DNA from: Cyanobacteria bacterium P01_D01_bin.156
GTDB lineage: Bacteria > Cyanobacteriota > Cyanobacteriia > Phormidesmidales > Phormidesmidaceae
Direction of reading: 5' to 3'
DNA length: 19,379 nt
Assembly: GCA_039024555.1 (NCBI GenBank)
Contig: JBCCQQ010000090.1
Location: forward strand, 1 to 19,379
Shown here: in pieces, positions 8,353 through 16,170 of the stretch
Position numbering within the stretch: the first letter of the stretch is position 1
Layout: the number at the start of each line of letters is the position of its first letter
Notes under the pieces: model-generated
What the model was told of the DNA's origin: nothing
Seen by the model: only the letters and a program-made list of their open reading frames with translations
Databases searched by the model: none
Position numbers and translations under genes: made by a program

Positions 8353-9414
8353 TCAGCTGGACTCACCAGGATAGCCCAGTTGGTAGTGTTCTCCTTTACG
8401 GAAGGCTGCGCGAATCTTGCCAATCAGTTTACGAGCCACTGCAATGATGGCGCGTTTCTTCCCAATGCGAGGGTGTAGCCTGTCAAAAAAGGCCGTCAAG
8501 GTTGGGTCTTGTCGGACGGCCCGCCAAGCAATCTCTAATAAGATTCCTCGTAAATGACGATTCCCTTGTTTAGTAATGTGGCCTCGGCGGACATGATCAC
8601 CAGATGAATGTTCACTGGGCGTTAGACCCGTATAACTAAATAGGCTTCGTTCATTCTTGAACTGGCTCATATCGCCCAGTTCATTCGACAATACCCGAGC
8701 ACTAATTGGGCCAACCCCAGGCACCGATTGATACGTCGCCTCATTCGTATCTTCTGTCGCTTGCCGTTTGAGTTGGTCGACTAGATGGTTAATCTGATGG
8801 TCCAGCGCTTGCCAGATCTGCCAGAGGGCTTCGATAGCTATCGTAAACACCTCGTTCGGAGAACGTTCGAGGAGTTCCTGAAAAACACGAGCACTCATCT
8901 CTCGGCTATCCTCGGGGGCAATCAGGCCAAATTGATGGGCTTTGGCTCTTATTTGCTGTTTTACTCGACTTCTTGCGTGGACCAGTTGCTCACGGGTACG
9001 ACTGAGTAAGCGGGCCTGCTCTTGCACTTCACTGGGTATATAGATCCCTTTGAGACGTCCTGCTTCCAACTGTTCAGACAGTTTTGACGCATCTCGTTTG
9101 TCAGTTTTCACCCGGCTATGAGCGGCTACCTCCACAGCGGCAGGATGCACCACAACACTGTCGATACCGACTCCCTTCAGGGCTCGGTGTAAGCCAAAGC
9201 CACTAAACCCGGCTTCATAGACGGTGTGAATCGTGCCGCCTTTGAAAAACTTCAATAGCTGATTGGCAAAGGCACTTGGATACGATGCTGTGGTCCATTT
9301 CTTGACAATGGTTTGGCTGACTCGAACGACAACGACATACGTTCTTTTATGGACATCAATGCCAACGTAGATATCTTCACCGTCGTATGATTTTGATGGT
9401 GTGGTGGTTTTCAT
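8353..9414 (-). CDS. IS110-family transposase/recombinase (DEDD RuvC-like + Tnp20 domain)
   Basis: YVGIDVHK, YEAG and KTDKRDA supply D-E-D-D. Also SVPGVGPISA, YTGLTPSEHSSG (catalytic Ser region), ITKQGNRHLR and AIIAVARKL. GAGGT RBS before ATG 9414; 353 aa. Confidence 0.96.
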   Translation of the reverse strand: MKTTTPSKSYDGEDIYVGIDVHKRTYVVVVRVSQTIVKKWTTASYPSAFANQLLKFFKGGTIHTVYEAGFSGFGLHRALKGVGIDSVVVHPAAVEVAAHSRVKTDKRDASKLSEQLEAGRLKGIYIPSEVQEQARLLSRTREQLVHARSRVKQQIRAKAHQFGLIAPEDSREMSARVFQELLERSPNEVFTIAIEALWQIWQALDHQINHLVDQLKRQATEDTNEATYQSVPGVGPISARVLSNELGDMSQFKNERSLFSYTGLTPSEHSSGDHVRRGHITKQGNRHLRGILLEIAWRAVRQDPTLTAFFDRLHPRIGKKRAIIAVARKLIGKIRAAFRKGEHYQLGYPGESS

Positions 9415-9560
9415 GAGGGCTACCTCTGAGCTTAGGTCTAGTAACTGCAAGCTACGGGTCAAGACGCTGTTTTGGAAAGCATCACACTATCCACCATAGG
9501 GACACGGACTAGAGGGCTTTGGTCAATAGCCCATTGGGTTGGGGGTAGTCGGTAAAGCAG

Positions 9561-9596
9561 TTTAGAATTTTACGCTCGACCGCGCAAAATTCTAAA
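9561..9596. repeat. Inverted repeat/hairpin upstream of the IS
   Basis: TTTAGAATTTTACGC / GCGCAAAATTCTAAA, 14 of 15 paired, 6-nt loop. Confidence 0.6.
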
Positions 9597-9732
9597 AAGG
9601 GTGATTCCATCGATATTTTTCTAATTGATGGTTAAAGAACGTTTTTTTACAGAGGTTTTATCTCCGTTCCAAGAAAGCCTGACATGTCCATTAGACACCT
9701 TAATTTTTTACGGTGTGGAGCATAATGGGTCG

Positions 9733-9953
9733 CAGCGTAACCTACCTAACCAACTCCCCCATCAATGGTTGTAGCATTTAGCCAATACCCTCTTGTGCAA
9801 CGGGAAACCCCAGTATCCTAAATGGGACGGCCTATATGTTTCCGAGAAGGGACGTTGAGGTCCCCAGAACAGGGAGGTAAACCCCAGTATGCCTAATTGG
9901 GAGAGCCTTGATACTTCCGAATAGGAGGGAAAGTCCTGAGCGTCCCTTTTCTC
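9733..9953 (+). ncRNA. Candidate sRNA, PsrR1(SyR1)-like 5' module followed by a duplicated stem-loop module
   Basis: -10-like CATAAT at 9721-9726. CAATACCCTCTTGTGCAACGGGAAAC…GTTTCCGAG resembles my recollection of the PsrR1 core. There is a 74-nt-offset degenerate repeat, and a terminal AGGGA/TCCCT hairpin with a T-rich tail. Confidence 0.45.
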
Positions 9954-9984
9954 TATGAGCCGATGCTTAACTTCCAAGTCGTGT

Positions 9985-10017
9985 AAAAAAATCCCCTGAC
10001 GGCAAGCGTTCAGGGGA
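9985..10017 (-). terminator. Intrinsic terminator of the small-ORF transcript
   Basis: Minus strand TCCCCTGAACG-CTTGC-CGTCAGGGGA-TTTTTTT. Confidence 0.8.
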
Positions 10018-10159
10018 CATGGACTGTGCTGTATCGAAGGTTGAACTTTGGAAAGGTTTGCGCCGTTGCTGATTTATGGGATGGACCGATCTGACGACGC
10101 TCAACTGTGCCAGATTCTTGCAGAAAAACTCATCCCGAGGATCAGCAACGCAAGATTTG

Positions 10160-10315
10160 CTACCGAGTCATCCATTTGCAAACTAGCTGGCCATCCTCGA
10201 CCACCCATTGAGCGACTAATTGATGTTTCTGAGGTACAGACTGTTTTGGAAATGAGGTCGCAGCGTTAAAAACAGAACGTTCAGTCGTTCTAGCAGTGGT
10301 AGCAGTAGAAAGCAT
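10160..10315 (-). CDS. 51-aa small protein (LVAQWVVEDGQLVCKW motif), absent from the ORF track
   Basis: MLSTATTARTTERSVFNAATSFPKQSVPQKHQLVAQWVVEDGQLVCKWMTR*, with an AAGGA RBS upstream and a terminator downstream. The C-terminal LVAxW…LxCxW pattern resembles small cyanobacterial hypothetical proteins. Confidence 0.75.
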   Translation of the reverse strand: MLSTATTARTTERSVFNAATSFPKQSVPQKHQLVAQWVVEDGQLVCKWMTR

Positions 10316-10502
10316 AGGTCTGATTCCTTAAGTGCGTTAGTCGTGAGCCACACTTAAGTCATGGAGGCGATAAGTGCCGCTCTGTATGGAAAGGAAACAG
10401 AGCGAACCAGCGGCATTCCCAATTAGATTTTGTGATCTTGGTTCGTGTTCGTAGTGTTTTGGCTCACTCAAGTCATCTATAACCAGCACCCGGTCTATAT
10501 AA

Positions 10503-10536
10503 GAAGCCCCCACGCAACTAGGCACATGGGGGCTTC
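10503..10536. terminator. GC-rich hairpin, possible terminator
   Basis: GAAGCCCCCA / TGGGGGCTTC 10-bp stem; the U-tail is weak on both strands. Confidence 0.5.
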
Positions 10537-10555
10537 GATTTAGATATAAGGGGCT

Positions 10556-10590
10556 TAAATAAATTTAGGACCATTGCCTAAATTTATTTA
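10556..10590. repeat. 14-bp perfect AT-rich inverted repeat, 7-bp spacer
   Basis: TAAATAAATTTAGG-ACCATTG-CCTAAATTTATTTA. Confidence 0.75.
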
Positions 10591-10846
10591 GACGATATAG
10601 GGTTCGATATAGAACGTTATGCAATAAGCTGCGCTTGTCTATGAATCTAATGTAGATCGAGTATGGGCAGTAATGACCCACTTGCGAAGCAACCTTACTA
10701 TCTGCTTATATCAGCATCAAATTTTCTTGGTTTGTGTCCGCGATCACTGTTGAATGGTCTGCTTAAGTATGGAATGAAGGATTTACAATGTGCTGTTTGC
10801 TGTCGCCCTATCGTTTGCAGCGCTAATGGAGCGAGCCCAAATTTAA

Positions 10847-10998
10847 AACATGACAACACCCAGAACATTCAACTGAGGGACTCTTCTAAAGAGAACAAGA
10901 CTTCTTAGAGTTGTTGCAAGCAGATAAAATCTACTGTCAAAATACTCTCTAGTGCGAGTAAGAAGAAATATCAGTGAATTGTTTGGGTGTTGTCGTTG
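10847..10998. ncRNA. Rod-like ~150-nt fold-back element (ncRNA or MITE-like)
   Basis: Nested inverted repeats: GACAACACCCA 10852-10862/10984-10994, ACTGA/TCAGT, TCTTCT/AGAAGA, AGAGT/ACTCT and AGAT/ATCT. Confidence 0.45.
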
Positions 10999-11227
10999 AA
11001 CCTATCTCGATGTCTATCGTCAGACCTCCTTTCTTGTAGGTTATGAGCCTTTCAGCTCATATATAAAGCATAGTCCTGTAGTGTTTGCATAGCTCTGCTT
11101 TGATACAAACGTTAACCAGTGTTTTCTCACTGTTGTTACTGTAGAGCAGTGAGAAAAGTCTATCGATAGACCTGCAGCAGCATGGGTATACAGTAATTGC
11201 TAGGCAAGAAGAACTAACAACGTTAAG

Positions 11228-12439
11228 TCAGCATACTTCAAACGTTAATCCAGCTGATTTGACCAGCCGTTCAATCAAAACACTGCCAAACATCGATGCC
11301 GGGGTCCAAAATCCCCCTGCTTTACCCGATGGAGGAAAGTCTTCCGCCAAACATAGCCCCGCCTGACCCAAGATCTTAGCGGTAGAACCATAGCCTGGAT
11401 CGCGATCGCCCGTTACCTTAACTTGAATGGTTTGCCCCTCGACGGTTGTCCCCAAAAATCGTAAATCGTAGAACCCTTGCTCCTGGTCTGTCTGACTGGG
11501 TCCCTCCCCGGGTTTAGGAATCAGCGTATTTTCCAGTAGCCAGCGCGTCGGCGAAAATGCCATGGCTGCCGCCATACCCCCTAGCCCAACACTCAGCCCC
11601 TGGGCAGCTAGCCAACCTGCAGCATTAGGTCCAGTTAGTACCGCCTCTTCATACTGAAACTGTTTGCCATAGGCATACTCCAGTAAGGCATTTGACCGCA
11701 GCACAATGCGGGTATTGATGGCCGCCATCACAAAGGGCGACACCCATCCTTGAAAGTCGTCGTCGTACTGCACTGGCACCAGTGTTGGAGGATGCTCCAA
11801 AGATTGATCTGGGCCAAGGGAATAGGGATTGTCTAGCTCCTGACGTAGGGCCGGATCGCCACTGGCTTCTTTTACTATATTGATGCCGCTGGCAGCGGTG
11901 CCCCCCGAAACACCCCCTTGGGCTGCTTTTACCCGCATGCGGATGCGATCGCACACTTGCCCAAACTGTTGTTTTGCCTGCTGTTGCAGATAGTACACCC
12001 CCAGATCAGACGGAATCGAATCAAATCCACAGCAGTGAACAATCCGTGCCCCAGATTGCTCGGCAGCGGTGCTGTACCGTTGAAGCATCTGGCGGATCCA
12101 CTGGGGTTCGCCCGTCAGGTCGCAATAATCGGTGCCGGTCTCTGCACAAACTTTAACCAACGGTTCCCCATACAGGGCGTAGGGGCCAACGGTAGAAATA
12201 ACCACCTGGGTTTGGCCACACATGTGCTGTAGGCTGGCCTCGTCGGTACTATCTGCAATGATCTGGGGGATGTCCCCTAGCTCAGACGCCAGGGCCTCTA
12301 GCTTTGCCTGGGAACGACTTGCGATCGCCCAGGAGCCATTTAGCCCAACCTGCTTGAGCAAATACCGACACAAAATACGGCCAACAAATCCCGTTGCGCC
12401 AAAAACGACTAAATTGTAGCGGGGAGTTTGATGAACCAT
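11228..12439 (-). CDS. Saccharopine dehydrogenase-like oxidoreductase (trans-acting enoyl reductase family)
   Basis: FGATGFVG Rossmann motif, STVGPYALYGEP, YCDLTGE, HCCGFDSIPSDLG, GDRDPGYGST, GGFWTPA. Confidence 0.92.
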   Translation of the reverse strand: MVHQTPRYNLVVFGATGFVGRILCRYLLKQVGLNGSWAIASRSQAKLEALASELGDIPQIIADSTDEASLQHMCGQTQVVISTVGPYALYGEPLVKVCAETGTDYCDLTGEPQWIRQMLQRYSTAAEQSGARIVHCCGFDSIPSDLGVYYLQQQAKQQFGQVCDRIRMRVKAAQGGVSGGTAASGINIVKEASGDPALRQELDNPYSLGPDQSLEHPPTLVPVQYDDDFQGWVSPFVMAAINTRIVLRSNALLEYAYGKQFQYEEAVLTGPNAAGWLAAQGLSVGLGGMAAAMAFSPTRWLLENTLIPKPGEGPSQTDQEQGFYDLRFLGTTVEGQTIQVKVTGDRDPGYGSTAKILGQAGLCLAEDFPPSGKAGGFWTPASMFGSVLIERLVKSAGLTFEVC

Positions 12440-12497
12440 GAAAATTCCTTTGGTTGATGGCTAAAGCCCGTGGCTTTGACGCGGCTGGATCTATCGC

Positions 12498-12516
12498 GGT
12501 CACTTGCTAAGTAACC
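12498..12516. promoter_or_regulatory. Candidate operator palindrome between the divergent reductase and esterase genes
   Basis: GGTCACTT-GCT-AAGTAACC, 7 of 8 symmetric. Confidence 0.3.
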
Positions 12517-12582
12517 CCCATTTATTCTAAGACTCTAGAAGCCAGTCCAAACGCCAGGACTCCACAGGGATAATCTGCCTTC

Positions 12583-13533
12583 ATGACACCTGAACCCAGT
12601 ATTCGCATTCTCAGCTGGCTGCTCAAGCGACAAAAACCTACGTACCAGCTTAGTCTGCCAGAAATCAAGGAGCGGAATGCAGCTCAATTTAATGGCCCCT
12701 TAGCTTGGATATTTTTAGGGCCAAAGTTATCTCTACCTAGAGTTGTTAACAGCCGTGTGACCGGACGCCACGGTCCTATCCCAGTTCGGCTTTATTATCC
12801 TCGTTTAGACGATGACCTACCTGTAATTGTCTTTTTTCACGGCGGTGGCTGGGTAACCGGTAGCCTAGAAACCCACGATCGTCTATGTCGACGCATTGCC
12901 AAAGGCACAGGCGCATTGATAATGGCCGTTGACTATCGACTAGCCCCCTGGCACAAGTATCCAATTCCCTTAGAAGATTGTTACGACGCCGTTCTTTGGG
13001 CCTCATCCCAGGCTAAAAGTCTCGGAGCAGATGCTAACCAACTTGTTGTCATGGGAGATAGTGCTGGGGGAAATATGGCAGCCGCTGTTTGTCTGATGGC
13101 CCGCGATCTTTCAGGCCCCAAGATCCATCGACAGATTCTACTTTACCCGGCTGTGGATGGCACCCTCTCCTGTGGTTCTCATCAACGCTATGGGGAAGCG
13201 CCGCTACTCACCCAAACGGCTGTTCATTTTTTTCGAGCCCAGTATATGAAAACCCTGGCGGATACTGAAGAAGCTTATTTCTCGCCCTTACTGGCCAAGT
13301 CTCTAGAACAACTGCCACCAGCCTTTATTTTGACAGCCGAGTACGATCCCCTGCATGATGAAGCAGAGGCATTTGCAGAGCAGCTATCAGCGGCAGGAGG
13401 AACTGTTATCTATAAAAACTATCCAGGTATGGTTCATGCATTTTTGCATTTTCCCCGATTTTGCTCCGGTGCCGCCGCTGCGTTTGCGGCGATTGTTGAA
13501 GATATAAAAACAGCTACATCTCACCATGTCTAA
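12583..13533 (+). CDS. Alpha/beta hydrolase, HSL-family esterase/lipase
   Basis: HGGGW oxyanion motif, DYRLAP, GDSAGG nucleophile, EYDPL (Asp), GMVHAF (His). Confidence 0.95.
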   Translation: MTPEPSIRILSWLLKRQKPTYQLSLPEIKERNAAQFNGPLAWIFLGPKLSLPRVVNSRVTGRHGPIPVRLYYPRLDDDLPVIVFFHGGGWVTGSLETHDRLCRRIAKGTGALIMAVDYRLAPWHKYPIPLEDCYDAVLWASSQAKSLGADANQLVVMGDSAGGNMAAAVCLMARDLSGPKIHRQILLYPAVDGTLSCGSHQRYGEAPLLTQTAVHFFRAQYMKTLADTEEAYFSPLLAKSLEQLPPAFILTAEYDPLHDEAEAFAEQLSAAGGTVIYKNYPGMVHAFLHFPRFCSGAAAAFAAIVEDIKTATSHHV

Positions 13534-14320
13534 ACTTGAAGCCGCAACAGTTTTAATTACGGGGGCAGGGGGTGGTTTTGGCCAAGAACTTACCCACCAG
13601 CTCCTGGCTAAGGGCAGTCGGCTGATTCTGACGGATCATCCTTCGGTAAACCTGTCAGAGATGGTTAAAACTCTGGATAAAAATCACCAGGACAAGGTAG
13701 TGGCTTGTTTTTCCTTTGACTTAGCAGGGGCATCTGGCTGTAAGGAACTCTATGCGGCGGTTCAACAGCTTAAGATTGTTCCTGATATCTTGATTAACAA
13801 TGCTGGCATTGCTCTGGTGGGCAGCATGACTGATATCCCTAGCGATCGCTGGGAAACGATGATGCAGATTAATCTACTGACACCCATGCGTCTTAGTAGT
13901 CTGTTTGCCGCCGATATGATTGCTCGACAACAGGGGCATATTGTCGATATTTCTTCCTTAGCAGGCTGGATAGCGGCTCCAGGACTGACCGCCTATGCTG
14001 CTAGTAAATACGGTCTTCGAGGCTTTAGTGAAGGACTACGCTACGAACTTTCACCCCATAACGTTAAAGTCACCACTGTGTATCCGTTTTTTAGCCGTAC
14101 GCCCCTGCTTAAGGCATCTCGCTTTGGTCGTTTTGCCACACTAGAAAGAGACTTACCTCAAGCCTTAACCACCGATCCAAAAAAGATTATGGCTAAAACA
14201 ATTCGCGCCATCGAACGCAACCAGGCTGAAGTATTTCCTGACAATTTTGCGTGGGCTGGGCAGTGGATAAAACGCTATGTTCCGTTTGCTTTGAGCTGGT
14301 TAAGGCTAATCAATCCATAG
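13526..14320 (+). CDS. Short-chain dehydrogenase/reductase (SDR)
   Basis: TGAGGGFG, NNAG and YAASK; 8-bp overlap with the esterase gene. Confidence 0.95.
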   Translation: MSKLEAATVLITGAGGGFGQELTHQLLAKGSRLILTDHPSVNLSEMVKTLDKNHQDKVVACFSFDLAGASGCKELYAAVQQLKIVPDILINNAGIALVGSMTDIPSDRWETMMQINLLTPMRLSSLFAADMIARQQGHIVDISSLAGWIAAPGLTAYAASKYGLRGFSEGLRYELSPHNVKVTTVYPFFSRTPLLKASRFGRFATLERDLPQALTTDPKKIMAKTIRAIERNQAEVFPDNFAWAGQWIKRYVPFALSWLRLINP

Positions 14321-14419
14321 AGGTACTGGAATACTCTGCCTACTTCCATAGCAGCTGATAGAGGAATAGACTTGTATAAGCACGTCTGGTGCGCAACATA
14401 AAGCGAGACAATTTCTCTA

Positions 14420-14479
14420 GGAATTTTGAAGTCGGAAGTAAAGGGTTTTCCGAACTCCGACTTCAAAATTCCGACTTCA
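14420..14479. repeat. 17-bp perfect inverted repeat with TCCGACT-type short repeats (cyanobacterial interspersed repeat)
   Basis: GGAATTTTGAAGTCGGA (14420-14436) / TCCGACTTCAAAATTCC (14456-14472), followed by another TCCGACTTCA. Confidence 0.75.
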
Positions 14480-14547
14480 TCCCTAGTCGAGATTGCCCAG
14501 CTTAAAGTTGGTACTCATAACCACCCATCAGCTCCTCCCCTTTTTCC

Positions 14548-15879
14548 ATGAACGATACCCGACACAAACAGTTAATCATTGGAGCCGGGTTTGTCGGATT
14601 AGGCATGGCTCAGGCTCTAAAAGCCGCCGGGATTCCCTACGACCAGGTTGATGCCAGTGACGATATCGGTGGTAACTGGCACCATGGCGTGTATTCCACA
14701 GCCCACATTATTTCATCAAAGCAAGTCACTCAGTTCACCCAGTTCCCCATGCCGGGGCATTATCCTCCCTTTCCCAGTGCTCAGAATATGGTGGACTACA
14801 TACACCAGTTTGCCGAGCATTTTCAGCTGCAAGATCATATCCGGCTGCGGTCTAAGGTCACCTTAGTTAGACCAGTTGAACACAATCAGTGGGAAGTTAC
14901 CTTTGAAAAGGGTGAAAAGTCTATTTATAAAGGAGTGCTGCTTTGCAACGGTCACCATTGGTGCAAGCGGTTCCCTGAGCTAAAGGGAACGTTTAGTGGT
15001 GCCATTTGGCACTCAAAGGATTACCGTCATCCGGACCAACTGCGGGGAAAACGGGTGTTGGTGATTGGTGGTGGCAATTCGGCCTGCGATATTGCCGCTG
15101 AAGCGGCCCGTGTGGGCGCTAAGTCAATCCTGAGTTTGCGGGAGTCGGTATGGTTTATTCCAAAAAGTTTTGCCGGTATGCCTGTTGCTAACTTGGCCCA
15201 ACCTTGGACTCCAGAATGGCTGCAGCGATTGATGATGTATGGCATTATTCGCCTAACCTTTGGCCCCCACGAAAGCTATGGGCTACCTAAACCCAACCAT
15301 CGTATTTTTGAAAAACATCCCACCCTCAACAACGAAGTTCCGTACTACATTCAGCATGGGCGCATTCAGCCTAAACCCGCTGTTGACCATGTAGATGAGG
15401 ATCGCGTTTACTTTACTGACGGTACGGTCGAAGCGGTCGATCTGATTGTTTGTGCCACGGGGTACTATGTGGCCTATCCGTTTTTACCGCCTGAACTGCA
15501 GCGGGTAGAAGGAGCCACGGTTCAATGCTATGCCGGGTCCTTTTTACCGGACTATAAGGGACTGTATTTTATCGGCTGGGGCCAGGCGCGGGGTGGGGTT
15601 GGCTCTTTAATGGCGGCCTATGGCCCTATTTTTGCCAAGCTTCTACAGCTCCAGGATCAAATTGAGATTCCTTTGGGTCTTGTGTTTAAGGACTTGGGGC
15701 TTGGCTTACCGAAAACCCATCTGGCCGATCCTCAGTCGATTTTTAGACAGCTTAGGCTGTTACGCTGGTTTTTCCCCTGGCTAAAACGCAGGGCACATCA
15801 GACTGACAAGCAATATCAGCAGTTTGAAAACAAGCCGATTGCGGCTGCTCAAAAAGCTGAAGCGTTAACGGTTAATTAG
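14548..15879 (+). CDS. Flavin-containing monooxygenase (class B, FMO-type)
   Basis: GAGFVG (FAD), FSGAIWHSKDY (FxGxxxHxxxY), GGGNSACD (NADPH) and ATGY. Confidence 0.93.
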   Translation: MNDTRHKQLIIGAGFVGLGMAQALKAAGIPYDQVDASDDIGGNWHHGVYSTAHIISSKQVTQFTQFPMPGHYPPFPSAQNMVDYIHQFAEHFQLQDHIRLRSKVTLVRPVEHNQWEVTFEKGEKSIYKGVLLCNGHHWCKRFPELKGTFSGAIWHSKDYRHPDQLRGKRVLVIGGGNSACDIAAEAARVGAKSILSLRESVWFIPKSFAGMPVANLAQPWTPEWLQRLMMYGIIRLTFGPHESYGLPKPNHRIFEKHPTLNNEVPYYIQHGRIQPKPAVDHVDEDRVYFTDGTVEAVDLIVCATGYYVAYPFLPPELQRVEGATVQCYAGSFLPDYKGLYFIGWGQARGGVGSLMAAYGPIFAKLLQLQDQIEIPLGLVFKDLGLGLPKTHLADPQSIFRQLRLLRWFFPWLKRRAHQTDKQYQQFENKPIAAAQKAEALTVN

Positions 15880-15927
15880 GAGATATATTCCTTCTAATTT
15901 GAGGATCGGCAACGCCCAAATAATCAA

Positions 15928-16170
15928 TTAAGCCAAAACTAGGCAGTCGTCTAGCCAGCTGGCTAACTCACGGCGAGACTTTGTTAATCGCACTGTCACA
16001 CACCACACTTGAATGGCATCATTGGCGGATTCGATATGAACCTTCAAGGGTTGGTGACTTTTACACTCACAGCGAATACCCAGCTCCTGCAATCGAAAGT
16101 AGGCTTCCCAGCGATCGCAACAATCAATTTCAACCATAGAGTGACTCGATTTTTTTACAGGGATAGTCAT
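15928..16170 (-). CDS. Asr1405/Asl0597-family small protein
   Basis: DRWEAYFRLQELGIRCEC…QPL…AIQVW…RRELASWLDDC pattern, in its usual neighbourhood of dps and a 2Fe-2S gene. Confidence 0.85.
   Translation of the reverse strand: MTIPVKKSSHSMVEIDCCDRWEAYFRLQELGIRCECKSHQPLKVHIESANDAIQVWCVTVRLTKSRRELASWLDDCLVLA

Larger units (their letters stand above)
7931..9497 (-). mobile_element. IS110-family insertion sequence with short 5' and long 3' non-coding end (boundaries inferred)
   Basis: Intact transposase. Candidate ends lie at an AT at 9496-9497 and an AT at 7967-7968 or 7931-7932. An outward-facing TTGACA is at 7980-7975. Confidence 0.65.

Noticed and set aside
9800..9950. Tandem glutamine, Moco, TPP or cobalamin riboswitch
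   Set aside because: Only fragments (CGGAAGTA, GGAAAC) match. The core consensus elements and a fitting downstream gene are missing.
9762..10908. ORFs 9762-9977, 10048-10269, 10337-10525, 10663-10908
   Set aside because: Mostly non-ATG starts and no motifs; better explained by RNA structures and the 51-aa minus-strand gene.
11117..11160. IsaR1-like sRNA (CAGTGTT… plus TTCTCACTG/CAGTGAGAA hairpin)
   Set aside because: The similarity is too short; more simply the terminator of the reductase gene.
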